From Candidatus Cloacimonadales bacterium (GTDB taxonomy: Bacteria; Cloacimonadota; Cloacimonadia; Cloacimonadales; JAFGVF01): a DNA stretch of 64,000 bases. The notes beneath the pieces were generated by a model. That model saw only the letters and a list, made by a program, of their open reading frames with translations, did not search any database and had not been told where the DNA came from. The stretch spans positions 2,656,001 through 2,720,000 of the forward strand of contig OY759729.1 in NCBI GenBank assembly GCA_963662585.1, read 5' to 3'. A program made the translations under genes and the position numbers. Below, piece after piece: positions 9,045 to 18,881 of this stretch (within the stretch, counting starts at the first letter, position 1; each line of letters opens with the position of its first letter).

Positions 9045-11042
9045 TTATACCATCTCCAATTCTATAATCCTATCTCTTAAACCTGCAGCTTTCTCAAAAT
9101 CTAATTCTGAAGCTGCTTGTTTCATCTCTTTTTTCAAGAGATTAATAATTTTCTCTTTACTATCTAAATCTAAGTACTCTAAGAAATCTTCTTTACTTGG
9201 TTTTCCCTTTTTCTTTCCTTTTGAACTATAGCCTGCATAACCTTCAGCTACTGATGTAGATTCCATAATCTCATCAATACTCTTATAGATAGTAGTTGGG
9301 GTGATATTATTCTCTTTATTATATTTTAATTGTTTTTCTCTTCTTCTATTAGTTTCATCTACAGTACTTTTAATAGCAGCAGTAATGTTATCAGCATAAA
9401 AAATAACCTTGCCATCGACATTACGAGCAGCTCTACCTGAGGTCTGAATCAAGGCTCTAGCAGATCGTAAGAATCCAACCTTGTCAGCATCCAAGACAGC
9501 AACTAGGGCAACTTCAGGCATATCTATACCCTCTCTTAAGAGATTAACTCCTACTAAGACATCTATCTCGCCAAGTCTTAATTTTCTTATAACCTTTGTT
9601 CTTTCAATAGAATCAAGACTGCTATGCAAATAGTCTGATTTTATCCCGGCATTCTTTAGATATGTTGATAAATCCTCAGTCATTTTCTTGGTAAGAGTGG
9701 TTACCAAAACTCTTTGTTTTTTCTTGGAGTGAATTCTTATTTCATTTAATAAATCATCAACTTGAGTTCCTACTGGTCTTATTGTGATATAAGGATCAAC
9801 TAATCCTGTTGGTCTAATAACTTGTTCTACAACCTCTCCGTAAGTTTTATCTAATTCATAATCGGCGGGAGTAGCTGACATGAAGATAACATTCTTATGA
9901 TGCTTTTCAAACTCTTCAAATTTAAGTGGGCGATTATCATAAGCCGAAGGTAATCTAAAACCATATTCTACTAAATTCTTTTTACGAGAGAAATCACCTG
10001 CGTACATGGCTCTAGTTTGAGGAATAGTAACATGTGATTCATCAATAACTAAAAGATAATCATTGGGGAAATAATCTAACAAGCAGAAAGGAGGTTGACC
10101 AGGTTTAGCCCCTGTCATGTGTCGGGAATAGTTCTCTATGCCAGAACAGTGACCAAGCTCCTGTATCATCTCTAAATCAAACTCTGTCCTCTGCCTAATT
10201 CTCTGAGCTTCAACGAATCTCTCATTCTTTAAGAAAAAGTCATGTTGTACTTCTAACTCCTCTCTGATCGAAACCATTGCCTTCTTCAACCTCTCTTCAG
10301 ACATCACAAAGTGATTAGCAGGATAGATTGCATAAGAGTCGTGAGAAGAAATTATCTTATTATCTATAGGGTTCAATTTCTTTATGGAAGTTATTTCATC
10401 ACCGAAGAATTCCACTCGAACACATGTATCTAAATAAGCAGGAAAGACATCAACAGTATCTCCTTTAACTCGGAAATTACCTCGCTGGAAAGCAATATCA
10501 TTGCGTCCATAATGAGCATTAACCAACTTTGTTAAGAATTCATCACGAGGTATTTCATCGCCTACATCAACTCTAACTAAGGCTTTTTTGTAGTCTTCAG
10601 GAACTCCTAAACCATAAATGCAAGAGACACTTGCAACAACAATAGTATCTTTCCTCTCCATTAAAGACATAGTAGCTTTTAACCTAAGCTTCTCAATCTG
10701 GTCATTAATACTTGAATCTTTCTCTATAAATATATCTCTTCCTGGGATATAAGCTTCTGGTTGATAGTAGTCATAATAAGAAATGAAATACTCAACTGCA
10801 TTATTAGGGAAGAATTGCTTTAACTCACCATAAAGCTGAGCCGCTAGGGTTTTATTGTGGGATAAGACAAGAGTAGGCTTACCTAATCTTGCTATAGCAT
10901 TAGCTATAGTAAAAGTTTTTCCTGAACCTGTTACGCCCAACAAAACTTGATGCTGTTTACCTGATTCTACACCTGCAACTAACTGATCTATCGCTTGAGG
11001 CTGATCACCCTGAGGTTTATATTTAGAGACTAATTCAAACAT
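9045..11042 (-). CDS. uvrB: Excinuclease ABC subunit B
   Basis: GVTGSGKT, YYDYYQPEAY, DESH, SATP, INLLREG-like motif, C-terminal UVR coil. Confidence 0.98.
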   Translation of the reverse strand: MFELVSKYKPQGDQPQAIDQLVAGVESGKQHQVLLGVTGSGKTFTIANAIARLGKPTLVLSHNKTLAAQLYGELKQFFPNNAVEYFISYYDYYQPEAYIPGRDIFIEKDSSINDQIEKLRLKATMSLMERKDTIVVASVSCIYGLGVPEDYKKALVRVDVGDEIPRDEFLTKLVNAHYGRNDIAFQRGNFRVKGDTVDVFPAYLDTCVRVEFFGDEITSIKKLNPIDNKIISSHDSYAIYPANHFVMSEERLKKAMVSIREELEVQHDFFLKNERFVEAQRIRQRTEFDLEMIQELGHCSGIENYSRHMTGAKPGQPPFCLLDYFPNDYLLVIDESHVTIPQTRAMYAGDFSRKKNLVEYGFRLPSAYDNRPLKFEEFEKHHKNVIFMSATPADYELDKTYGEVVEQVIRPTGLVDPYITIRPVGTQVDDLLNEIRIHSKKKQRVLVTTLTKKMTEDLSTYLKNAGIKSDYLHSSLDSIERTKVIRKLRLGEIDVLVGVNLLREGIDMPEVALVAVLDADKVGFLRSARALIQTSGRAARNVDGKVIFYADNITAAIKSTVDETNRRREKQLKYNKENNITPTTIYKSIDEIMESTSVAEGYAGYSSKGKKKGKPSKEDFLEYLDLDSKEKIINLLKKEMKQAASELDFEKAAGLRDRIIELEMV

Positions 11043-11112
11043 TGCTTCCTCTATTATTTAATTTATTACTATAATATTAAGTTTTACTTAATTGGCAAGG
11101 AATATTTCTCTA

Positions 11113-11460
11113 AGAGGGACGAAAATACATCACCCCTGAGACGCAGACAAGAAAAGATTTTTCACCACTAAGACACAAAGTCACAAAGTCACAAAGAAGA
11201 AAATACTTAATTCTTAAATCCCTTCTTCATTGATTGAAGCAATGTTTCTCTTCAATTCCCCTCCTCGGAGGGGTGACAGTGTATTTTACTGACGGGGTGG
11301 TTTCTTCAAGAAGGTGAAAGATGTTTCGCCCTTACTGAGAAACTTCTCTTATCCTCTGCTTAACTTGCTAGGTTGGCGTAGTTCCTAACGAAGACCCCTG
11401 TGTTAAGAATCTTTTTTTCTTTTCTTTTTTCTTAGTGAAATTCGTGAAATTAGTGGATAG
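11113..11460. repeat. Intergenic mosaic of several REP-like palindromes and 8-9 bp tandem repeats
   Basis: (CACAAAGT)n 11163-11196; CCCCTCCTCGGAGGGG 11258-11273; GTAAGGGCGAAACATCTTTCACC on minus strand ~11313-11335; (TAGTGAAAT)-type repeats 11432-11460. Confidence 0.7.
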
Positions 11461-11488
11461 ATTCTTCTAATTTTAATCTATACACTCA

Positions 11489-13441
11489 TTACCAAATATC
11501 TGACATTGCCTTAACTCTAAAGAATTTAAATCTTTCTTCACCAGTATAGACATATCCTTGGTATGGACTTGTAGCAAGAGGTATCCAAATGCCTGATGAA
11601 AGGTCATCACTAGCTTCTATTAAGTAGCTATCTGCATAATTTACATGCTCCCAATGTAAAACTGGATAACCACTTTGTTGCCTTACTTCAACTTCGGGTT
11701 CTTCTAATACTTGTGGTAATGATAAGTCTCCGGAAAAAACTTTAAAATCATCGATTAGAATAGAATCATTAACATAGTTATCTATGGTAAAAGAGAATTT
11801 TACTCTGTGATTAGCATAGCTTTGAGGTATTATAATTGAAACCCTATTTTCTGAATTAATTAGAATATTGTTGTCATAATGTATGATCGGATTGTCTAAG
11901 TCTGAACTATAAATAAACTCAGCTGTGATTGTATCAGTATTTATAATCCTGAAATCAAGTATTACCGGTTCATCAATTACCACTGTGTCTAGTTTTCTAA
12001 GAGTAAATTGCACAATAGTTTCTTCATTTAAATCAAAAAAAGGTGTAGATACTGATCCAATAATACAATCTTCATCTGAAGATGAATAACACCATGAGTA
12101 ATTATCATTAGAATCTAAATGTCTTGAAAGAATTGATGGTTGCCAATTCACAAAAGGAAATTCTTCAAAATCTTGAATATATGGGTATTGCGAAATTATC
12201 GGGTTTGTACATGAACCCGTAAGTGTCATTAGGTCAATGGTTGGCTCTGCTGCTGAGCTACCTTCCAATGCAACTTCATAAGTGATATTAGTACTATGAT
12301 TGCCATAATCAAGAGGGGTATAGTTGACTGTGAATGTTTGCCGATATCCCTCAGGTAAGATGAATGAAGACTGATAATCTGTCATTGCAAAATAATGTAG
12401 AGTAAAGATACTGTTAAAAATTCCTAAATTCTCAATAGATATTTGATAAGTACTTAGATTAGTTATTGTTACTTCTTGAGAGCTTGTGTTGTTTTTTGCT
12501 GTTTCACCTGCATCCCAGGAGGGAGGTGAAACATCTAACTCTCGAGCTAGAGTATTTTCACGGACAAAGAAATTATCTATAAAAATCTCAGGGCTTATAC
12601 CAAAAAATTGATCATAATAAAATTGATATAGGTTATATTGAAATTTGATGTAGTATGCTCCTGGATAATCATCAAGATCAATGGTAATTTTATTATATTG
12701 ATTATTAAGAGGGTCATATTTTGAGAGATAATCAACTGTTTCATAATTAACCTTATCATAGGAGATTAAAATTGTTAAGAATGAATCGTCTGGTGTTAAG
12801 TCTTGAGATAGTTGGTAAATTGGTAATCTATAATAAAAAACTAATTGACTCTCATCCGTTATAGGACCAACTGAATTTGTGCTAACAATGTTACCGCTCC
12901 GAGCTGATGACACTATCGCTCCAGTAGATTGTGTGCCTCCATTAGAAGTTGTTGTAAGATTTCCTGTAAAGTTGTTACTGTTTTCAAAGAATTGCCTGTA
13001 GGGCACAGAATCAGATGCTTGGGTTTTAGTTTTAAAGCTCCAAATCGGACAATCTATCGCATCGCCATTTTCACTATGGCTAGGAACTACTTGCCAGTAA
13101 TAAGTTTGGTCTAAAGATAATTCGAGATTGGGATAATAACTTAAAGCAAGTCCGACATCAAGTCCATTGACTAAGTTTGTTGGGCCGATTTCTCCTTGGC
13201 CATCTGTTCCCAGATAAAATTTATAACTAGTAAGTTCACCTGTTGCTTGATTCCAACTAAACATAGGATATTCAGTTACCTCTTGAGCTGCTAAAGCTGG
13301 AATTTGGGGTGAAGTTGGTAAAGGAGGGGGAGAATCGCGAAAATCTGTTCTTTGTGAATTATCTATAACATCGTAAAGTTGCACACTAAAAATATTCATT
13401 ACAAATAAAATAAACCCAAGAATTATTAAGAATCTTTTCAT
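11489..13441 (-). CDS. Secreted multi-domain protein (Fn3-like, Ig/ASH-like, short C-terminal beta domain)
   Basis: Signal peptide; TYYWQVVP...CPIWSFKT Fn3-like motif; VTITN...FTVNYTP...G Ig-like module; tail VLHWEHV...YLIEASDD...FFRVKA. Confidence 0.75.
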   Translation of the reverse strand: MKRFLIILGFILFVMNIFSVQLYDVIDNSQRTDFRDSPPPLPTSPQIPALAAQEVTEYPMFSWNQATGELTSYKFYLGTDGQGEIGPTNLVNGLDVGLALSYYPNLELSLDQTYYWQVVPSHSENGDAIDCPIWSFKTKTQASDSVPYRQFFENSNNFTGNLTTTSNGGTQSTGAIVSSARSGNIVSTNSVGPITDESQLVFYYRLPIYQLSQDLTPDDSFLTILISYDKVNYETVDYLSKYDPLNNQYNKITIDLDDYPGAYYIKFQYNLYQFYYDQFFGISPEIFIDNFFVRENTLARELDVSPPSWDAGETAKNNTSSQEVTITNLSTYQISIENLGIFNSIFTLHYFAMTDYQSSFILPEGYRQTFTVNYTPLDYGNHSTNITYEVALEGSSAAEPTIDLMTLTGSCTNPIISQYPYIQDFEEFPFVNWQPSILSRHLDSNDNYSWCYSSSDEDCIIGSVSTPFFDLNEETIVQFTLRKLDTVVIDEPVILDFRIINTDTITAEFIYSSDLDNPIIHYDNNILINSENRVSIIIPQSYANHRVKFSFTIDNYVNDSILIDDFKVFSGDLSLPQVLEEPEVEVRQQSGYPVLHWEHVNYADSYLIEASDDLSSGIWIPLATSPYQGYVYTGEERFKFFRVKAMSDIW

Positions 13442-13694
13442 ACTACCTTCTTTCTCTAATCATTGTTAGTAAATACTGTATGGGGTCATGTATAATTAAT
13501 AAAATAATTAGAATAATTAATTAGTCAAGAGAAAAATATGTGACTATGTTTCTATATAAAAAATATTACATTGAGCACATATAAATGTCTTAATAGAACC
13601 GATGATATGCTAATAAGTGGGGGTTATTTAGAGACAAATAATAAGGTCTAATCTAATAAATATAGAGAGACAAAGAGAAGTGCCAAAACCCTTA

Positions 13695-14259
13695 ACACGA
13701 ATTAACACTAATTAAAAGGAATTTTCACCAATGTAGGAGTATTTCCATACGCCTTCTTGAAAGTCCCTTACACTAGTGTCTAATGTGGAAGCAGAGACGC
13801 TTCCACTCCATAGAAGAAAACACCGTCTGCTGCTCAGCCACCCATGGTTGGATGTTCGCACCTACGGAGCGATTCTTTTATTTGGGTGTGGCCTTTTTGC
13901 TACCAAGAAATAGCTCCTCTGGAGCTAGAAATTGCTACTCCAGCCTTCAGATTAAAAGGGGAATTTAAGAGTGTGATAATCCCTCTTCTGCCGGACGGTG
14001 GACAGCTTGTCCGCCTCTTCGCCTCTTTGCAAAACAATGATAATCCCAGCGGGATGCCACATAATAGGGAGTGTTCGCAAGACACTCCTAAAGTCACTGC
14101 AAAAATATAGCCCTGCAGGGGCGATATACACTAAAAAAGTTAAAAGAAAAGAAGCTATCCACAAATTTCACCAATTACACGAAGAAGATAGAAAAGACGG
14201 ATAGAAATGCAAATAGCTTTCACACGATTTAACACTAATTAAAAGGGATTTTCGCGAAT
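13695..14259. repeat. Dense mosaic of about ten different palindromic repeat units, bracketed by a 38-bp imperfect direct repeat
   Basis: Direct repeat 13695-13732 / 14222-14259 (34/38 identical); internal units have relatives at 11432, 39687, 39820 and 49112. Confidence 0.75.
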
Positions 14260-14799
14260 TTACCTAACCTCTCCCATCAGCATCTCTAAATTATCAATAA
14301 GGTATTTCTGTCCTTTGCGATTAGCCATAACTTGATCATACTCTCTTCCCTCAAAGCTTTTATGAACTGTTATGAAACCATAATCTGCTGAGTTAGGCAA
14401 AGTAATGGTCATTTTTTTATTGTTTTCATTGATGATTTCTCCCAGTATTCCTAAATTTTTCAAGCTGAGAATAATCTTGTGAGCTGAAGCTTTCTTGCTT
14501 ATAAACTGGTCTATATTCTCATTAACTATTTTGGCAAAGTTGCTAAAACCGATTGTATCGTAAGGAATATTAATATTCTCTTTTTGTTTTGCTGTAATTA
14601 TGAATTGGGTGTTAGTATTTTTAACAGGTCTTTTAGCTCTTTCTAACATTTCAGCGCAAAACATAAAGCATCTAATCATTTTGGGGTTATTAACGAAGTT
14701 TGATTCTTCAATTTGTTCTTTTGTGAAAGGATTTATACCTCTAGCTATTTCTTTCAAAATTTCTTGAGCTCTGGTAATGAGTTCTACTTCTGAGTTCAT
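14260..14799 (-). CDS. Hypothetical protein, 179 aa
   Basis: AAGGAG RBS; IARGINPF...RCFMF motif looks conserved but function unknown. Confidence 0.75.
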   Translation of the reverse strand: MNSEVELITRAQEILKEIARGINPFTKEQIEESNFVNNPKMIRCFMFCAEMLERAKRPVKNTNTQFIITAKQKENINIPYDTIGFSNFAKIVNENIDQFISKKASAHKIILSLKNLGILGEIINENNKKMTITLPNSADYGFITVHKSFEGREYDQVMANRKGQKYLIDNLEMLMGEVR

Positions 14800-15153
14800 G
14801 ATTCAATATCTCCTTTTGCTTGATTCATTATTATGTCAATAATTGTAATTAAATATTATTCGTCAAGTATATTTTAAAAAGAATAACAAATATATCATTT
14901 TTAAGTCTTTTTTTCTTGTCTCTTTACCAGTATTCTTTTGTCTCTTAATAGTTCTTCTCACTCATCTCAAGCAAAAACAAAATAGTCCATGAGATGACTG
15001 AGAATGAGCATGGGAAGAGCAGATAAAAAGAAGGGATTGAGAAAAGATTATTGACTTTTTTTTAACTTAAATATAATATGTACTGAAATACTTAAAGTGA
15101 CATAATTGAGTGTAAAATTATAGATTTAGTTACTTTAAGAAAAAGGAGATCCA

Positions 15154-16458
15154 ATGAATCCTGTAGAATTAATTATAAAAAAGAGAGATGGGGTAGAGCT
15201 GACTAAAGAAGAGATGAGTTTCTTCGTAAAAGCTTATATAGATGAGAAAATTCCTGATTATCAGATGTCTGCTTTACTAATGGCAATTTTCTTTAAAGGC
15301 ATGGAAACCGATGAAATTGTTAGTTTAACTGATGTCTATATTAATAGTGGTGTCAGAGTAAATTTTGCTTCAGATTTAAACACAGTTGATAAGCACTCAA
15401 CTGGAGGAGTTGGAGATAAAATTACTCTAATGCTTGCTCCCTTAGTTGCTTCCCTAGGAGTAAAAATTCCTATGATTTCAGGTCGAGGTTTAGGACATAC
15501 TGGCGGGACTTTAGATAAACTTGAGGCAATTCCTAATTTCAGAACAGACTTTAATAGTAATGAATTTAAAAAAATGGTTATGGAAAGCAATCTCTCTATA
15601 ATTCAACAGAGTAAAGAGTTGGTTCCTGCAGATAAAATTATTTATGCTATGAGGGATGTAAGTGGAACAGTAGAAAGTTATCCTCTTATTACAGCTAGTA
15701 TTATGAGTAAGAAAATTGCTGAAGGTGCTCAGAACTTAGCAGTTGATCTTAAGGTGGGAAGTGGTGCTTTCATGAAGAATCTAGAGCAAGCTCATGCTTT
15801 AGCTAAATATCTAAAACTCACTGGTGAGGCTTTTGGACAGAAGGTTGCCATCACATTTACCAATATGAATAGTCCTTTAGGAATAGCCATCGGTAATGCT
15901 ATTGAAATAAAAGAGACTATTGAATATTTAAAGGGTGCTGATTTACCAGATATTGATGCTATTACTAAAGCCTTGGCCATTAATATGGTGCTTATGAGTA
16001 AAATTGCCTCTACTAAAGAAGAAGCTTTAGCTATGATAGAAGATTCTCTTAAGAGCGGAAAAGCTCTGGAATATTTCAGAAAATTCATAGAAATGCAAGG
16101 TGGCGATAGTAGAATTATTGATGATTACAATTTACTTCCTCATACTGAAAGAATAACTGAAATAAAAAGTGATAAAGCAGGTTTCGTAAAATCTATCGAC
16201 AGTAAAAGTATTGGTTATGCTTTAGTAGGAATTGGAGCTGGTAGAAAGAAATTAGAAGATGAATTAAATTACGCAACAGGTGCTGAACTCTTTAAGAAAA
16301 TCGGTGACCAGATAGATAAAGGAGAAGTCATTGGTTTTCTCCATTGCGATGATATTTCAATGATTGACTCTACTATTAAAAGAATAAAAGATTCTTATAT
16401 AATAACTGAAGAAATCATTCCTAAAGAAAAGATAATTTTAGATGAGTGGGAGATATAA
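15154..16458 (+). CDS. pdp: Pyrimidine-nucleoside / thymidine phosphorylase
   Basis: DKHSTGGVGDK, SGRGLGHTGGTLDKLE, SIMSKKIAEG, DLKVGSGAFM. Confidence 0.95.
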   Translation: MNPVELIIKKRDGVELTKEEMSFFVKAYIDEKIPDYQMSALLMAIFFKGMETDEIVSLTDVYINSGVRVNFASDLNTVDKHSTGGVGDKITLMLAPLVASLGVKIPMISGRGLGHTGGTLDKLEAIPNFRTDFNSNEFKKMVMESNLSIIQQSKELVPADKIIYAMRDVSGTVESYPLITASIMSKKIAEGAQNLAVDLKVGSGAFMKNLEQAHALAKYLKLTGEAFGQKVAITFTNMNSPLGIAIGNAIEIKETIEYLKGADLPDIDAITKALAINMVLMSKIASTKEEALAMIEDSLKSGKALEYFRKFIEMQGGDSRIIDDYNLLPHTERITEIKSDKAGFVKSIDSKSIGYALVGIGAGRKKLEDELNYATGAELFKKIGDQIDKGEVIGFLHCDDISMIDSTIKRIKDSYIITEEIIPKEKIILDEWEI

Positions 16459-16643
16459 TTTGACAAATCTTCGGCTTTTCTTTCTATGACTATAAATAAC
16501 ACTTATTTTATGTTGTTAGTATAATTAAACATTATAGAGTCTTTAAGAATATGCTTGACACGATGATAATTGAAAATAATTTGTCATTTCGTATAGAAAA
16601 ATAAATATTAAAAAAATAAAATTAAATAGATAAGGAGCTGAAA

Positions 16644-16820
16644 ATGCCGGTACCTAAACGAAAAACTTCAAAGTGTAATAGAGATAAAAGAAGAACTCAT
16701 TACAAAGCTGTAATGCCAACTTGGACTACATGTTCAAGCTGTGGCGAACCTACTAGACCACATCATATTTGTCAAAAGTGTGGAAATTATGATAAAAGAG
16801 AAGTTATAGAAGTTAAATAA
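16644..16820 (+). CDS. rpmF: 50S ribosomal protein L32 (58 aa, zinc-ribbon form; below ORF-track cutoff)
   Basis: MPVPKRKTSKCNRDKRRTHYK...CSSCGE...HHICQKCGNY; AAGGAG RBS; directly precedes plsX. Confidence 0.96.
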   Translation: MPVPKRKTSKCNRDKRRTHYKAVMPTWTTCSSCGEPTRPHHICQKCGNYDKREVIEVK

Positions 16821-17828
16821 ATGCGTATAGCTTTAGATGCTTTTGGTAGTGACAAAGCACCTTCTCCAGAAGTAGAAGGTGCTGTGTTGGCTATCAAAGA
16901 GAATCTTTGTGAAAAGGTTCTCCTTGTTGGCGACGAGAAAATATTAAGTGCAGAATTAGCTAAATACTATTACGATAAAGCAAGAATTGAAATTGTTCAT
17001 TCTTCTGAAGTAATAGAAATGACTGATGTCCCAGCTGAAGCTGCTCGTAAAAAACGAGACTCTTCTATGGTCAAGGCTATTCGTCTTCATAAAGATGGAT
17101 TAGCTGATGGCGTAGTAAGTGCTGGTAATTCCGGAGCTATGATGGCTGCCTCTCTTTTTGTTCTAGGACGCATAAAAGGGGTTTTAAGACCTGCTATTGC
17201 AATAACTTTCCCTACTAAATCAGGTAGCGAAATTATTCTTGATGTCGGTGCAAACGCTGATTGTGATCCAGAACAACTTGTTCAATTTGCTGAATTGGGG
17301 AGCATGTATTCCCAATTCATTAATAAAATTGATGAACCTAGAGTTTCACTGTTAAATATTGGTGAAGAGGATAAAAAAGGGAATGAATTAACTAAAGAAG
17401 TTCATCGCCTTTTAGCCTTAGACCCTAAGCTTAATTTTATCGGAAATATCGAAGGCAAAGATGTCCTCAAAGGTATTACAGATGTTATCGTTTGTGATGG
17501 CTTTACAGGAAATGTTATGCTAAAAACAGTCGAAGGAGCTGCTATAGCTATCTTCGAAATCTTAAAAGAACAATTTGCAAAAGACTGGGTTGCCAAAATA
17601 GGAGCACTTCTTTCACTTCCTGTATTTAATTATCTTAAAAAGAAATTAGACCACACGGAATATGGTGGAGCTCTTCTTATTGGATTAAAAGGTATTCCTA
17701 TTGTATCTCATGGTAGATCTAATAGCAAAGCTATAAAAAATGCTATTAAATTAGCTGCAAAATTAGCTGATACCGATTTCATTAAGCAATCTAGTGATTA
17801 TTTTGAAAGGAAAAAAGATGAAGTATAA
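16821..17828 (+). CDS. plsX: Phosphate acyltransferase
   Basis: IALDAFGSD, VSAGNSGA, LDVGANAD, CDGFTGNV, HGRS. Confidence 0.96.
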   Translation: MRIALDAFGSDKAPSPEVEGAVLAIKENLCEKVLLVGDEKILSAELAKYYYDKARIEIVHSSEVIEMTDVPAEAARKKRDSSMVKAIRLHKDGLADGVVSAGNSGAMMAASLFVLGRIKGVLRPAIAITFPTKSGSEIILDVGANADCDPEQLVQFAELGSMYSQFINKIDEPRVSLLNIGEEDKKGNELTKEVHRLLALDPKLNFIGNIEGKDVLKGITDVIVCDGFTGNVMLKTVEGAAIAIFEILKEQFAKDWVAKIGALLSLPVFNYLKKKLDHTEYGGALLIGLKGIPIVSHGRSNSKAIKNAIKLAAKLADTDFIKQSSDYFERKKDEV

Positions 17829-18807
17829 AGCTAAAATAAGTTCTTTTGGACACTATGTTCCTGAGAAGGTTGTAACTAATTTTGATTTAGAAAAAATAGT
17901 TGATACCTCTGATGAATGGATTAGATCAAGAACAGGTATGTCTGAAAGAAGAGTGGCTGCTAAAGGGCAAAATACTAGTGATTTAGCTTACAATGCAGCA
18001 ATTAATGCTATTGAAAAATCTTCTGTTAAATATAAAGATATTGAACTAATCATCGTCGCAACTATTTCTGGTGACCACGCATATCCTTCAACTTCTTGTT
18101 TAGTTCAGAAGAAGTTAGGGCTCAAAGGTATTCCTGCTTTTGATGTCTCTGCTGGATGCACAGGCTTTATCTATGGAATTAACATAGCTAAGCAATTTGT
18201 TGAAAACGGTGTTTATAAACACATCTTAGTGGTCGGAGTTGAACTTCTTTCTAGATTCTTGAATTGGGAAGATAGAAATACCTGTGTTCTCTTTGGGGAT
18301 GGCGCTGGTTCAGCTATTGTCTCCCGCAATGAAAGAGGGGATATCTCTGAATTTATAGACGGAGACCTAGAAGCTGATGGTAGCCAAGATGATATTCTAG
18401 TTCAACCTGCTGGTGGTTCTGCAATGCCGGCTACTGCAGAAACTGTTAAGAACAATCTTCACACTGTCCACATGGACGGTAATAAAGTTTTCAAGCTTGC
18501 TGTAAAATCAATGTACTCATCTTGCGAAACTTTAATCAAAAGAAATAATATTAGAATCCATGATATTGATTGGTTAATCTCTCATCAAGCAAATATGAGA
18601 ATTATTGAATCACTTGGGAAAAAACTTAAGATTGATACCGATCATGTTATCGTTAATATAGAAAGATATGCAAATACTTCAGCTGCGACCATACCTATTG
18701 CTATTTCAGAAGCTATAGAAATGGGTAAAATCAAAAGAGGCGATTTATTGTTGATGGTTTCTTTTGGTGCAGGATTAACTTGGGGTAGTGCTTTAATCAG
18801 ATATTAG
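17818..18807 (+). CDS. fabH: 3-oxoacyl-ACP synthase III
   Basis: DTSDEWI, AGCTGF, HQAN, YANTSAA, FGAGLTWG; start set at ATG 17818. Confidence 0.96.
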   Translation: MKYKAKISSFGHYVPEKVVTNFDLEKIVDTSDEWIRSRTGMSERRVAAKGQNTSDLAYNAAINAIEKSSVKYKDIELIIVATISGDHAYPSTSCLVQKKLGLKGIPAFDVSAGCTGFIYGINIAKQFVENGVYKHILVVGVELLSRFLNWEDRNTCVLFGDGAGSAIVSRNERGDISEFIDGDLEADGSQDDILVQPAGGSAMPATAETVKNNLHTVHMDGNKVFKLAVKSMYSSCETLIKRNNIRIHDIDWLISHQANMRIIESLGKKLKIDTDHVIVNIERYANTSAATIPIAISEAIEMGKIKRGDLLLMVSFGAGLTWGSALIRY

Positions 18808-18881
18808 GATTATTTTTTTTAGTAGAAAATGAATTTAATTCATTTATCTATAAATCTTAATTTTGAATAAGGAGAAAAATT

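Noticed and set aside
13783..14204. Five short overlapping ORFs in the track
   Set aside because: They arise from GC-richer palindromic repeats; no RBS or protein-like signal
18827..18845. Palindrome AAATGAATT-T-AATTCATTT between fabH and fabD as a lipid-regulator operator
   Set aside because: Almost all A/T, no second copy seen, no regulator nearby; could be chance or a weak hairpin
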